Source of the DNA: a virus
Direction: 5' to 3' (one strand)
Length of the DNA stretch: 64,000 nt
Virus record (IMG/VR): IMGVR_UViG_3300036780_000414
Location: 1 to 64,000 of that record
Positions 20,128 to 29,407 of this stretch are shown here, one piece after another. The position numbers and the translations under genes are program-made. The notes beneath the pieces were generated by a model that did not search any database, had not been told where the DNA came from, and saw only the letters and a program-made list of their open reading frames with translations. Positions within the stretch are counted from its first letter, which is position 1. Each line of letters starts with the position of its first letter.

Positions 20128-21255
20128 GTGGTTGACTACCCGGATGCGGGGCTGTCACAGGTCGCGGTGATCCCGCAGGGCACCTCGCAGATGACCTGGC
20201 TGGGCAATGAGGGGCACGTCACGCCGCCGAAGTACAGCTTCACCTACTCAGGCGGCTGCGAGAAGATGAGCTGCACGCTGCCCGCCCCGGCAACGTACCG
20301 GGCTGAGTGGATGCTGGCCGGATCGGCGGTGAGCATCTTCCGCGGCGGCCACCAGGTGTGGGCCGGGCAGCTGGACGAGCCGGACCCCGGTGACGGCGGC
20401 TGGTCGATCACCGGGGCGGGAGTCGGCGTGCAGGGCGCTGACTTTGAGGCTGTGTTTACTGACACGTGGCCGACCGGTGAGCCGGACGAGTTCGTGAATA
20501 ACGCGATAAGCAGGGGACTCCCCTGGGTTAACCCTGGGATCGGGACACCCAGCGGGATCTGGCTGGGGCAGCCGCCGGATTCTGGTGCCCAGTACGTGGA
20601 CGCAGTGCTGAACACCTGCTGCACGAAAGGCGGCCTCGGCTGGTACGTGAACAGTCAGCCGGGCGGGGTGATCGGGAACAGCCTGGCGCTGGGGCCGCTG
20701 CCGACGACGGTGAACCGGATACTCGTCGCGGTCAACCCGGTCGCGCGGACGCTCGGCGGTGACGTGCGGGCGATCTTCATCCGCTACCAGGCCACCACGG
20801 ACAGCACCGACACGTCGACCGCCGCGACGTACGCGCTGACCAGCGTGACGAACACCGGGCACAGCGGGCGCGAGTACTACCTGGACTTGTCTAACGCCGG
20901 GGTGATGACGCAGGCGGCGGCGCAGGGGGTCGCGTCGGCGCTGCTGAAGATCTACCAGAACGCGAGCTTCGCCGGGTCGTTCACCGTGATGCCCGGTCAG
21001 CTGCTCACCACGGGCGGGGTGCCGGTGGACCTGGGCTGCGAGCAGGCCGGGACGGTCGTCAAGCTGATCCTGGCGGACTTCGCGTACGGCGGGGGGCTGC
21101 TGCCCGCGCAGCCGGCGCAGTTCATCACCGGGGCGTACGAGTGGGATGATGCCGCCTGCCAGGCGACGATGACGCCGTTCCAGGCGGTGGACCAGTCGCT
21201 GGCGTCGCTGCTGTCGGCGACCTCCCAGACGATGGTCCCCGTGACGAGCTCCTAG
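20128..21255 (+). CDS. Minor tail protein
   Basis: 375 aa, VWAGQLDEP motif, last gene of tail module. Confidence 0.7.
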   Translation: MVDYPDAGLSQVAVIPQGTSQMTWLGNEGHVTPPKYSFTYSGGCEKMSCTLPAPATYRAEWMLAGSAVSIFRGGHQVWAGQLDEPDPGDGGWSITGAGVGVQGADFEAVFTDTWPTGEPDEFVNNAISRGLPWVNPGIGTPSGIWLGQPPDSGAQYVDAVLNTCCTKGGLGWYVNSQPGGVIGNSLALGPLPTTVNRILVAVNPVARTLGGDVRAIFIRYQATTDSTDTSTAATYALTSVTNTGHSGREYYLDLSNAGVMTQAAAQGVASALLKIYQNASFAGSFTVMPGQLLTTGGVPVDLGCEQAGTVVKLILADFAYGGGLLPAQPAQFITGAYEWDDAACQATMTPFQAVDQSLASLLSATSQTMVPVTSS

Positions 21256-21274
21256 CCGGCCGTACGGGGACCGG

Positions 21275-21286
21275 CGCACATGTGCG
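21275..21286. promoter_or_regulatory. CGCACATGTGCG palindrome upstream of endolysin (operator-core copy)
   Basis: Perfect 12-bp palindrome in intergenic gap; identical 12-mer at 55394-55405. Confidence 0.5.
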
Positions 21287-21406
21287 GGGGTGTTAGCAAC
21301 CTGTTGCCTAAGAGGCGGTTAAGCAGCTGCTGGGACTCCCCCGGATGGAGTACCTTTTCAGCGGACACGGACGCGCCCGCGAGACCGCACCACTGACCCG
21401 CAGGAG

Positions 21407-22465
21407 ATGCCCGTGACGATCTACTTCCCGGACATCAGCTCTTTCCAGGGCGGTATCAGCCTGTCCGGGGCGCTGGCTGTGGCGGTCAAGCTCTGTGAGG
21501 GCACCGGCTACGTCAACCCTTACTACGCGTCGCAGGCGCTGGAGGCGCAGCGGCGGAAGTCGTTCCAGCTGGGTTACCACTTCCTCCACCAGGGGAACGG
21601 CGCCGCTCAGGGTGACTTCGCGCACGCGCACGCGGGAGCGGTGCCGATGATGGTGGACGCTGAGCCGCTGACCGGGCTGGACGGGACACCGAACCCCCGT
21701 TCGGCGCTGGTCAGCGACCCGGAGATGATGCGCGGCGTCAAGCTGTCGTCCGCGCCGTCGATCGCGGACATCTGCGCATTCACCGATGAGTACCGGGCTA
21801 AGGGCGGGGTGCTGCACTGGGTGTACCTGCCGCGCTGGTACTGGCTGGAGATGGGCTCACCGTCGCTGGCCCCGCTCGCTGAGCGGGGGCTGCTGCTGTG
21901 GTCGAGCCAGTACACCAGCTACACCGACGCGGGCAGCGGCGCCGGCTGGCAGCCGTACGGGGGGATGACCCCGCAGTGCTGGCAGTACACGGCGTCGCTC
22001 AGCTTCGGCGGCATCGCCAACGTGGACTTCAGCGCGTTCCGCGGATCGAGGTACGCGGGCAAGCAGGACAGTGCGAGCGTTAAGGCGGCGCTCGCTGAGT
22101 TTGAGGCGCTGTCCCGCACCGGCAAGGTGGCCCCGCCTGCGGCTGTGCTGCCGCCTGTGCGGGACCTGCGGGTCGTCGCTGTCGGTAAGACGACGGTGAA
22201 GCTGCAATGGCAGTCCCCTACCGGGCAGTCACCGTTTGGGGTGAGCTGGTACGAGATCGGCGCGCAGTACGCCGAGGGTCCGAAGAAAGGGCAGGACGTG
22301 TGGCCGGGCCGGTGGGTGAACAAGAACCTCAGCAGCAGCCTGGAAGTCCACCAGTTCGGGTCCATCCCGCACGGGGTGAAAGTCAACATGATCGTCCGCG
22401 CCGCCGACCGGGACCGCCTGCACGGCTCCGAGTGGGCGACCGTGCAGATCGAGATCACCACCTGA
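21407..22465 (+). CDS. Endolysin: GH25 muramidase + C-terminal FN3-like domain
   Basis: PDISSFQ, KLCEG..YVNP, GYHF, MVDAE, WQYT, VDFS GH25 motifs; GTG start after AGGAG. Confidence 0.88.
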   Translation: MPVTIYFPDISSFQGGISLSGALAVAVKLCEGTGYVNPYYASQALEAQRRKSFQLGYHFLHQGNGAAQGDFAHAHAGAVPMMVDAEPLTGLDGTPNPRSALVSDPEMMRGVKLSSAPSIADICAFTDEYRAKGGVLHWVYLPRWYWLEMGSPSLAPLAERGLLLWSSQYTSYTDAGSGAGWQPYGGMTPQCWQYTASLSFGGIANVDFSAFRGSRYAGKQDSASVKAALAEFEALSRTGKVAPPAAVLPPVRDLRVVAVGKTTVKLQWQSPTGQSPFGVSWYEIGAQYAEGPKKGQDVWPGRWVNKNLSSSLEVHQFGSIPHGVKVNMIVRAADRDRLHGSEWATVQIEITT

Positions 22466-22651
22466 TCAGCTAGGAGCTGGCTTGGCGCCGAACGACGCGC
22501 CCGCCCCTGAGATCACCGCAGCCTGGTTGCTGACACTCAACTGCGGTCATATCACCCGTATTGAGGGCGGGCCGGTACAACCCTTGGTACATTGCGCCTC
22601 ATGCGGGCAGGACAGCATGGTTTCGCTGGCCGTCCGGCAGTAGGAGGAACG

Positions 22652-22960
22652 ATGAGTGACCTGGTTGTCTCGTGGATCCGAACCGGCTGCGCGGTGCTCG
22701 CCGGGGCGCTTATCACCTGGGCGGTCCGGCAGGGCCTGATCGCGGATGCTTCCGTGCAGGGGCCGCTGACGGAAGTGCTGGTGGTCGGCATCACGGCAGC
22801 CTGGTACTTCATCGTCCGGGTGCTCGAAAAGGTCAACCCGGCGTTCGGGTTCTTCCTCGGCGTCCCGAAGGCACCCACCTACACGCCGCCCCCCACCGCT
22901 GTCACGCAGCCCAGCCGCGTGCGTGGCAGCGGGGCGCAGCCGCCGACTGAGCGGTTCTGA
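22652..22960 (+). CDS. Holin
   Basis: AGGAGG SD; two hydrophobic segments; SWIRT...WY..VR.LE...G.FLG.PKAP.Y pattern; follows endolysin. Confidence 0.8.
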   Translation: MSDLVVSWIRTGCAVLAGALITWAVRQGLIADASVQGPLTEVLVVGITAAWYFIVRVLEKVNPAFGFFLGVPKAPTYTPPPTAVTQPSRVRGSGAQPPTERF

Positions 22961-23049
22961 CCGCTGCCGGGTTGAACCGGGTACCCGGCAACGCGAACGC
23001 CCGCCCTGGACGGCCTGTGGCCGCGCCGGGGCGGGCGTTCCGCTTGCTG

Positions 23050-23220
23050 CTACTTCTTGCCCCTGCCGTCTTTGCCTGCGTTCTTGGCGTCCTTCGCGGC
23101 ACGCGCGTTGTGCGCGGCCATCTGCCGGTTCAGCTTGGTCGCAGCCGCGCCGTTCGCCCGGAGGCGGCTGACCCATTCCTCTTCTGACTCGCCCGGCCGG
23201 CGGTCGCCTGGCTGTGCCAT
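23050..23220 (-). CDS. Small basic hypothetical protein (56 aa)
   Basis: GAGAGAGG SD upstream of ATG at 23220. Confidence 0.6.
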   Translation of the reverse strand: MAQPGDRRPGESEEEWVSRLRANGAAATKLNRQMAAHNARAAKDAKNAGKDGRGKK

Positions 23221-23328
23221 GGTGTTTCCTCTCTCATGGTGACGATCCCGCAGGGTAGCAGCATAGCGCACGTGTGAGCGGTACCCTGGGTGACGGGCAC
23301 CCTGCGCGAACTGGGCGCGCTCCCCCGC

Positions 23329-23529
23329 CTACAGCCAGTCGATGTCACCGATGGTGCCGAGCGGCTGCGCGTAGCGGAACGTCTCCTCTGCCGTGACCGT
23401 GCGCGGGCAGCCCTCACCGTCGAAGCCGAGGCACTCCCAGGTGTCCATCGCGAAGTTCAGGTGCATCTGCCCGTGCACGGGGCACTCGGGTTGCGGGACG
23501 GTGAATACCTCACCAGTGTCAGCTGGCAT
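23329..23529 (-). CDS. Small Cys-containing hypothetical protein
   Basis: CPVH...WEC...GC pattern. Confidence 0.55.
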   Translation of the reverse strand: MPADTGEVFTVPQPECPVHGQMHLNFAMDTWECLGFDGEGCPRTVTAEETFRYAQPLGTIGDIDWL

Positions 23530-23598
23530 GCTGGCCAGGGTACGCGCGAAAGCCCGCCGCAGGCATTCTACGGCGGGCCTTCGTCGTTGCTCTGGGGC

Positions 23599-23739
23599 CT
23601 ACTTGCCCTCGCCCTTCGGGAGGTCCCTGACGTCCAGCTTGTCCAGGTCGTCGCGGCTGATCCGGCCGACGAACGTCAGGCCAGGGCCAACCTTGTCGCC
23701 GGGCTCTGCGTCTTCGAGGTTCCCGCTGTCCTTCGGCAT
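23599..23739 (-). CDS. Small hypothetical protein (46 aa)
   Basis: GAGAGAGGG SD upstream of ATG. Confidence 0.55.
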   Translation of the reverse strand: MPKDSGNLEDAEPGDKVGPGLTFVGRISRDDLDKLDVRDLPKGEGK

Positions 23740-23940
23740 CTGATGTGCCCCTCTCTCGCTGCTCACCTGCGATGGTGACTGCACACATGTTATGTGGGCA
23801 GGTGCGGCCTCACAACCCCCGAACTTTTATGTAACGTTGTGCTACTAGCGCCACGGGGGGCGGCACCACCACTCCCGGTACCAGGCCGGGCACCAGCCGA
23901 GGCACGCGAGGAAGCACAGCAGGTCATCCACGGCGGCAGC

Positions 23941-24579
23941 TTAGATCAGCAGGTGCTCCATGGCCAGCGCTACGGGCCACTCACCGTCCGGGCCTGGGAT
24001 CCACAGCCGGCCGCGCGTGCACCCGTTGCCGGGGGGAAGCTCCTCACGGCGCACACCGGGGGCCAGGGCGCGGCCGAGCGGAACCCCGGCGTCCAGCAGC
24101 AGCTCAGCTGACGGGGGCATCCGCTGCGGCAGGTACACCGACACGATCTCAGCGACGGGCCGTTCCGACAGGGTGACCAGTGTGCCCTCCCGCCGCCAGG
24201 CGACCCCGGCGCCGGGCAGGCCCGGCATCAGGTCCGGGTAGATGCGGGCGCTGACCTGTACGCATGAGATGATGCGGGCATTCACGTCCTCGCCTGCTAC
24301 CCGTGCGGCGTAGTCGGTGAACAGGGCGGGTGAGTGTGTCCCGGCAGAGCCAGCCGTCTCACCCGCCCTGCCTTCCCCGGGGGCAGGGAAGCCCGGTGGC
24401 GGCGCGTGCTCGTCCAGCAGCCGCTCGATCGCTATCAGCTTGGCGTCGTTTTGCAGGTCCGGGTGGATGAGGATGCGGCGGCCCTCGCGGATCAGGGCGC
24501 AGAAGTTCGCGGCGAGTTCGTCGCGGGTCTGGCTGTTGATGCGGGCGTAGGAAAACACCATCACAGCGTAACGGGGCAA
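23941..24579 (-). CDS. Protein with C-terminal chorismate pyruvate-lyase/UTRA-like domain
   Basis: WRREGTL...AEIVSVYLP.RMP...GVPLGRAL...RRE...PVALAMEHL resembles UbiC/DUF98 pattern. Confidence 0.5.
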   Translation of the reverse strand: MPRYAVMVFSYARINSQTRDELAANFCALIREGRRILIHPDLQNDAKLIAIERLLDEHAPPPGFPAPGEGRAGETAGSAGTHSPALFTDYAARVAGEDVNARIISCVQVSARIYPDLMPGLPGAGVAWRREGTLVTLSERPVAEIVSVYLPQRMPPSAELLLDAGVPLGRALAPGVRREELPPGNGCTRGRLWIPGPDGEWPVALAMEHLLI

Positions 24580-24684
24580 CTACTGAACGTCTATGACATA
24601 CCTGTGTCTTTCCGGTCATCTCCGCCCAGCGGCTTCCGCCCCCACGCCGCCCGGACCTCATTCACCGACTCGTCAGTCGCCCGG

Positions 24685-24903
24685 TCACGGGTACTCGATG
24701 CCGTAGACCCTGGCCAGGTGCCGGGCCATCTCGTCCTGAGCTTCGCGCCACTGGTCACGCGCCGCGCACCAGCGGGCCGCCGCGTCGTCGGGGACCTGGA
24801 CCATCCGGGCGCGCTTGTAGCCACCCAGGCCGGCGTCATCCTCGAAGTCGACCGTGACCTCCGGGTACAGCTCAACGTCGGTGTCGATGTAGGCCAGTGT
24901 CAC
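24685..24903 (-). CDS. Hypothetical protein
   Basis: GTG start overlapping upstream stop. Confidence 0.55.
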   Translation of the reverse strand: MTLAYIDTDVELYPEVTVDFEDDAGLGGYKRARMVQVPDDAAARWCAARDQWREAQDEMARHLARVYGIEYP

Positions 24904-25499
24904 GGGTGCGCCCCTTCCCACGCTGGCAGCAGCGCCCCGATGTCAGACGGCATCACGTCACCTGGCCACCGGTCATCCGAGTACAGGTGCACGCCGCCGT
25001 CCAGCTTGCAACGGTCAGCGAAGTACGCACACTGCATGTGATGCGTTGTCTCAATGTAGCTGCGCAGGCCCGGCACCGGCACATGAGCGTGGTGCGCTGC
25101 TATCGCCCCGTAGTCGAGGAACGAGTACGGCACCCCGTGGTTACCCCACGGCCCCGGCCGCGTATACCGCACGGCGGCAGCAGCGACCACCTGGCTTGTG
25201 GGCAGCACCCCCGTCGACCAGACGTGCGGCACGTTCCCGTACGACCACGGCACCTCCACCGCGCCGCCCGGTTGCGCCTCCGCAACCCAGATCACCGGGG
25301 AGTCCGCGGACAGCCCCCGGCCGGACGGCATCCGCTTCGGGTAGTCAATGCGGGTGCACACCACCACGTGGTTCCACTGGCTGAAGCTCGGGCTGGCCAG
25401 CCGCTCCATCAGCTCCACGATCGCGCTGACCGTGGTCAGCGTGTTGACTACCGCCAGGTCACCCGGCTCAGGCAGGACATCAGTCACGTGCCCCACCAT
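24900..25499 (-). CDS. Permuted papain-like (YiiX/NlpC-P60) protein
   Basis: PGDL, WNHVVV, EAQPGGA, GVPYSFLDY, late Cys (MQCAYFAD), VMPSD. Confidence 0.75.
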   Translation of the reverse strand: MVGHVTDVLPEPGDLAVVNTLTTVSAIVELMERLASPSFSQWNHVVVCTRIDYPKRMPSGRGLSADSPVIWVAEAQPGGAVEVPWSYGNVPHVWSTGVLPTSQVVAAAAVRYTRPGPWGNHGVPYSFLDYGAIAAHHAHVPVPGLRSYIETTHHMQCAYFADRCKLDGGVHLYSDDRWPGDVMPSDIGALLPAWEGAHP

Positions 25500-25504
25500 G
25501 GCAC

Positions 25505-25546
25505 AAAAGGAACCGCGCCGCCCAGGTTGCCCTGGGGCGGCGCGGT
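25505..25546 (-). terminator. Intrinsic terminator
   Basis: ACCGCGCCGCCCAGG/CCTGGGGCGGCGCGGT hairpin followed on - strand by TCCTTTT. Confidence 0.7.
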
Positions 25547-25565
25547 CGCAGCGCGCTGCCTCGCG

Positions 25566-25736
25566 CTACTTGCCGTGCTTGTTGGCCTCACCGCGCAGTT
25601 CTGCGAGGATTCCGCGGCCCCTGATGACCGCTTTGGTGTCATCTCGGTTACCGTTGTTCTCATGGGCCAGGGCCCTGCGTTCCCTGGGGGTCAGGTCAGA
25701 ATCGTCTCTTTCCGGGTGGCTGTCGAAGCCGAACAT
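25566..25736 (-). CDS. 56 aa micro-protein (paralog A), not in ORF track
   Basis: Translated by hand: MFGFDSHPERDDSDLTPRERRALAHENNGNRDDTKAVIRGRGILAELRGEANKHGK; AAGGGG SD. Confidence 0.7.
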   Translation of the reverse strand: MFGFDSHPERDDSDLTPRERRALAHENNGNRDDTKAVIRGRGILAELRGEANKHGK

Positions 25737-25820
25737 TGTTGACCCCTTTTCTGTAAGGTTGGGTTTCCCTGGGGAAACGAGCCGCGCAAGACCCGGCTTG
25801 TGCGGTGCTCCCGCCGTTTT

Positions 25821-25991
25821 CTACAACTTCCACCACGCTTCGAGGCAGCGTTCCTCGATGGCTGCTTTCACGCCCTTGCCGGTGCCCGTCTTGTCGTTCT
25901 CGTCGAACAGGGCCTTGCGCTCCCTGGGGGTCAGGTCGTCGTCTCCCCGGTCAGGGTTCGGGTCGAACCAGCCGCCCGTTAGTATGCCCAC
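25821..25991 (-). CDS. 56 aa micro-protein (paralog B), not in ORF track
   Basis: Translated by hand: MGILTGGWFDPNPDRGDDDLTPRERKALFDENDKTGTGKGVKAAIEERCLEAWWKL; GAGAGGAG SD. Confidence 0.7.
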   Translation of the reverse strand: MGILTGGWFDPNPDRGDDDLTPRERKALFDENDKTGTGKGVKAAIEERCLEAWWKL

Positions 25992-26038
25992 TGCCTGCTC
26001 CTCTCCCGGTTTCCCTCTTGTGGCGGGGGCCGCGCCGG

Positions 26039-26353
26039 CTACTTGCCCGGCGGGGGGATCAGGACCGGCAGGACGTCCTCGTCCTTGTCGTCTTCCCGGC
26101 GAAGGGCGGCCTCGTCGCAGCGCATGAGGATCGTGCCTGCCGGGTCGATGTACTCCAGGGTCAGCGCGACGCGCTCCCGTGTGGTGAGCAGCGTGTTACG
26201 CGGGTCACGCGGCGGGAGCTGGATGTGCCGGACGGCGAGTGACATGCGTGCGCTGACCACAGCTGCGCGCTGCTCCCTGGTGCCGATGTTCTCATCACCT
26301 GTTGCCATGGTGATCAGGGTCGCTGTGTCGAAGTCCTCGACGGTTCCGTTCAC
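26039..26353 (-). CDS. Hypothetical protein
   Basis: GAGAGAGGGGAGGG SD, GTG start. Confidence 0.65.
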   Translation of the reverse strand: MNGTVEDFDTATLITMATGDENIGTREQRAAVVSARMSLAVRHIQLPPRDPRNTLLTTRERVALTLEYIDPAGTILMRCDEAALRREDDKDEDVLPVLIPPPGK

Positions 26354-26379
26354 TTGACCCTCCCCTCTCTCTGTGTAAC

Positions 26380-26401
26380 GGCATCATACACGTGGGGAGT
26401 A
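26380..26401 (-). promoter_or_regulatory. Degenerate copy of the 22-bp operator dyad
   Basis: - strand TACTCCC-CACGTGTA-TGATGCC upstream of gene start. Confidence 0.5.
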
Positions 26402-26488
26402 AGGATGTGGCAAACGTCAAGGCCACCGCATATAGCAGGACCCCCGGCCCGTGGAACACCAGCCGGGGGTCCTGTGCCATGCCCCTCA

Positions 26489-26890
26489 TCAGCCAGCGTA
26501 CAGCAGCCGCACCCACGTTGCCGCGTACCGGCCCATCGGCTCATCATGCTGCGCGTGCCAGCCCCGGAGGAACTCCGTGATGACGCGGGCGTCCGGGGCG
26601 AGCCCGGCTTCCTCCAGGTCCCCGTACGCGCGGGCGCGCATCGCCGCAGGGAACTCCAGGTCCGCCCGTCCGGGGCCATCAGGCGGGAAGACGGCGGCCC
26701 GCCAGGCCCGCGCAGCGGTCAGCGTCGCCGCGTACACCTCCAAGTCCGGGGCGTCAGCGGTGTGCCTGCGGTTCCGCTCAGCCTTGTCCTTGACGGAGAT
26801 GACCAGCTCCACCGCGCTTTCCGCAGCCTCCACCAGGAGGTACGGGTTGAGCTGCCACTGGCGGACGATCCGCGCTTCTGCCCGGTCCAT
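26489..26890 (-). CDS. Hypothetical protein
   Basis: Coupled ORF in leftward operon. Confidence 0.6.
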   Translation of the reverse strand: MDRAEARIVRQWQLNPYLLVEAAESAVELVISVKDKAERNRRHTADAPDLEVYAATLTAARAWRAAVFPPDGPGRADLEFPAAMRARAYGDLEEAGLAPDARVITEFLRGWHAQHDEPMGRYAATWVRLLYAG

Positions 26891-27135
26891 CAGCGTTCCC
26901 TTTCCGGTACCAGCGGTATCAGCTCACCGCCGACCTCGCTGGCGGCGGCCAGCGACACGGCCGGGTACTGGCTGAGGACTGCGCGCAGCAGCTGACCGCT
27001 TAGCGGCATGTAGGTGTCCGGCCCGACCCTAATCCACTTGTAGCCGTCCACGTCCTCGAACACGGGAAGCCCGGCCGCGAGCGCTTCAGGCTGGACTAGC
27101 AGCGTGTCGGGCAGCATCCCGTCCGCCCGGTTCAT
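26890..27135 (-). CDS. Hypothetical protein
   Basis: Coupled ORF. Confidence 0.55.
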   Translation of the reverse strand: MNRADGMLPDTLLVQPEALAAGLPVFEDVDGYKWIRVGPDTYMPLSGQLLRAVLSQYPAVSLAAASEVGGELIPLVPERER

Positions 27136-27398
27136 GTGCCGCCCTCCCCGCCTGCCGGGTACCAGCGCTGCCCCTTCGGGTCGGGTACCGCGCGCACCTT
27201 ACCGTCCTTGGCCAGCTCACCGAGGAGCGCCAGCATGAGCGTCATCGGGACTGGCCGGTGCAGCTCACCGATCGGCGGTTCCGGCATCGGCAGGCCGGGG
27301 CTCAGCTGGTAAGCGGTGCGGCCCGGCTGCCCGGTGACGGCGGCCAGGACGAACGCCAGCTGTTCGGAGTGCCGTTCGCGGGGCAGCACGGTTGTCAT
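27132..27398 (-). CDS. Winged-helix-like small protein
   Basis: QPGRTAYQL...LLGELAKDGKV...RWY wHTH pattern. Confidence 0.55.
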   Translation of the reverse strand: MTTVLPRERHSEQLAFVLAAVTGQPGRTAYQLSPGLPMPEPPIGELHRPVPMTLMLALLGELAKDGKVRAVPDPKGQRWYPAGGEGGT

Positions 27399-27772
27399 GG
27401 TGCTACCTCTACTGCGACGACGAACCGCCCGCAGGTTGCGCAGCTGACTCGGATCTTCCCGGCGTAGTAGGTTGCCGTGACCGGCTTGCCGGGGTGGCAC
27501 CTGCCGGTCACGGTGAGCGGTGAGTCGTGGGTGGTGTGGTCGCAGAACATGTTGGAGCAGCCCAGCGCGTCCAGGTACTCGCAGCTGACTACTGCGCCGG
27601 CCGGCAGCTGCTCCGGCAGCTGCTGCGGCGTGGGGGTTACGGCCAGCACTTCCCATCCGTCCACGGTGAACAGCTCGCTGCTGCGCATCGCGTCCGCCGT
27701 GGCGTCCGCTACGTCGGTGTCGCTGGTGGCGTCGGAGACTTTGACGGCCCCCGTGACCCTGATCGTCTTCAC
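27395..27772 (-). CDS. Hypothetical Cys/His protein
   Basis: Coupled ORF; C..C and CH motifs. Confidence 0.6.
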   Translation of the reverse strand: MKTIRVTGAVKVSDATSDTDVADATADAMRSSELFTVDGWEVLAVTPTPQQLPEQLPAGAVVSCEYLDALGCSNMFCDHTTHDSPLTVTGRCHPGKPVTATYYAGKIRVSCATCGRFVVAVEVAP

Positions 27773-28260
27773 GGTGCCTCCTGCGGCTGGCCGGTGCCGG
27801 AAAGCTCCGCGTACGCGGTTTTGAGTGCGGTGAGCTGCGGCGTGTCGTGGAAGGTGAGGTACTGGCTGGCGCCCATGCGGATCAGCATGGCCTCTGCGAT
27901 CCGCTGCGCGTGCGCCCAGCCCATGTTGGCGAGCGCGTCTTGCAGGTTGACCAGCTGACCGCTGGCCAGCGACGACGCGAGGCGCAGGAACCGCTTCTCA
28001 TGGCCTTCCGGGTACAGCTTCGGGTCGCGCACCAGGTTCTGCCATGACTTGATCCACGCGCCGGGCAAGCTCGCATGGTCGGCCATCGAGTAGTGGGTGT
28101 CCAGTACCACGTGCCGGGCGAATGCCCTGGTGCCGGGCAGGTGGGTGAACGTCACCAGGTGCATCGCCGCCTGGCTGGCCGTCACGCCGTCGATCCGCGC
28201 GCCTTCGGCCAGCAGCGCGCACAGCTCCTCACGGGTGCAGCCCTCAACGGGGTCAGTCAT
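27769..28260 (-). CDS. Hypothetical protein
   Basis: AGGAG SD; RFLRLASSL..G..VNL.DAL pattern. Confidence 0.65.
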   Translation of the reverse strand: MTDPVEGCTREELCALLAEGARIDGVTASQAAMHLVTFTHLPGTRAFARHVVLDTHYSMADHASLPGAWIKSWQNLVRDPKLYPEGHEKRFLRLASSLASGQLVNLQDALANMGWAHAQRIAEAMLIRMGASQYLTFHDTPQLTALKTAYAELSGTGQPQEAP

Positions 28261-28595
28261 CGGACTTGGCTCCTTCCTGGTCGTGCCAGTCTTGCCATAC
28301 CTTGCGGGCTTCGCTGGTCGCCCAGCAGCTCCGCGTCTCGATCTCCGCGCCGCACGTGCAGCCGAGCAGCAGGTCACGGTGCTTCCCGGCTGTGGCCAGG
28401 GTCAGCTGGTGCTCCCCCGGCGTTTCTTCGAGCGGCGGCCAGTGCGGCAGGGTCAGCCCGTCCTGCGTCGGCCCTTTCGCCCGTGCCGCGACCAGCATGG
28501 GGTCCGGCAGTGTCCCAGGCTGCCCGTGGCGGAGGAAGCCGAGCCCCTGGGTCAGCAGGTGCAGCATTACCTGCTTCCGCGCCAGTGCGCTCGTG

Positions 28596-28805
28596 TCAAC
28601 TCGCGTCCACGTCACCCGGCTCACCCCCGAGCGGCGGGAGGATCAGGCCCTTGTCGATCGCGGCGAGCGTCGCGTAACCGTGGCTGATGCGGAGAAGCGC
28701 CGCCGTTTTCTCACCCTTGGTGTACGTGCTGGCCATGGTCAGCTCATGCGCTTCATGCAGCGCCCGTGCCGCGTCAGCGAGGTAGCCGCTGCCGTCGTAG
28801 CTCAC
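28596..28805 (-). CDS. Hypothetical protein (YAxLAAIDK paralog 1)
   Basis: GTG start overlapping upstream stop; shares motif with 29457-29639. Confidence 0.6.
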   Translation of the reverse strand: MSYDGSGYLADAARALHEAHELTMASTYTKGEKTAALLRISHGYATLAAIDKGLILPPLGGEPGDVDAS

Positions 28806-29407
28806 TGGGTCACCCCGCGCACGTGCTCGATAACCCAGCCGCCCGCCTGGTGGCCCATGCCGAGCACGTCGACGCGGGCTTGCGGGAACAGCAGGCTGCG
28901 CTCCTTGCACCACGCGGCTGCCAGCAGCAGCACTTCCATGAACGTCTTCTCGCCCAGTTCGTTCAGTGAAGAGAGGTACCGGCCGTCTGCCGCGAACTTC
29001 AGGTATACGGCCACCAGTTGGTCCCGTTCCTGCGCGACGATGCTGAGGCCGCCGTCGTCGCAGCACCAGCCCCGGTCATGCACGATCAGGCCCGCCCCGA
29101 CCAGGTACTCAGCGGCGGCGTCCACCGCGCTGGTAATCCCCGACGCCGGGAACTGCGTCACCTGCACACCGCCGGCGCCGGGCCGCCGTTCTATCACCGC
29201 GCAGGCCAGCGCCAGGATGTCAGCCTCACTGACCCACAAGCCGGTGACCGGCTTGCCCCTGGCGTTGCGGATGACAACCGGCCACGGTTCCCCGTTGTCC
29301 GGCACCGTGACGCGCAGCGACTGAAGCGGCCGCACCGCGACGCCTGGTGGCGGTGACTCGGCCAGGATGAATACTTCCTGGCCGTGCTCGTTACTCAGGT
29401 TCTCCAT
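28802..29407 (-). CDS. Hypothetical protein
   Basis: GAGAGAGGGAG SD. Confidence 0.65.
   Translation of the reverse strand: MENLSNEHGQEVFILAESPPPGVAVRPLQSLRVTVPDNGEPWPVVIRNARGKPVTGLWVSEADILALACAVIERRPGAGGVQVTQFPASGITSAVDAAAEYLVGAGLIVHDRGWCCDDGGLSIVAQERDQLVAVYLKFAADGRYLSSLNELGEKTFMEVLLLAAAWCKERSLLFPQARVDVLGMGHQAGGWVIEHVRGVTQ

Noticed and set aside
25566-25991. LTPRER as a LuxR-type HTH
   Set aside because: Only the first helix motif matches; the GxSxxEIA recognition region is absent
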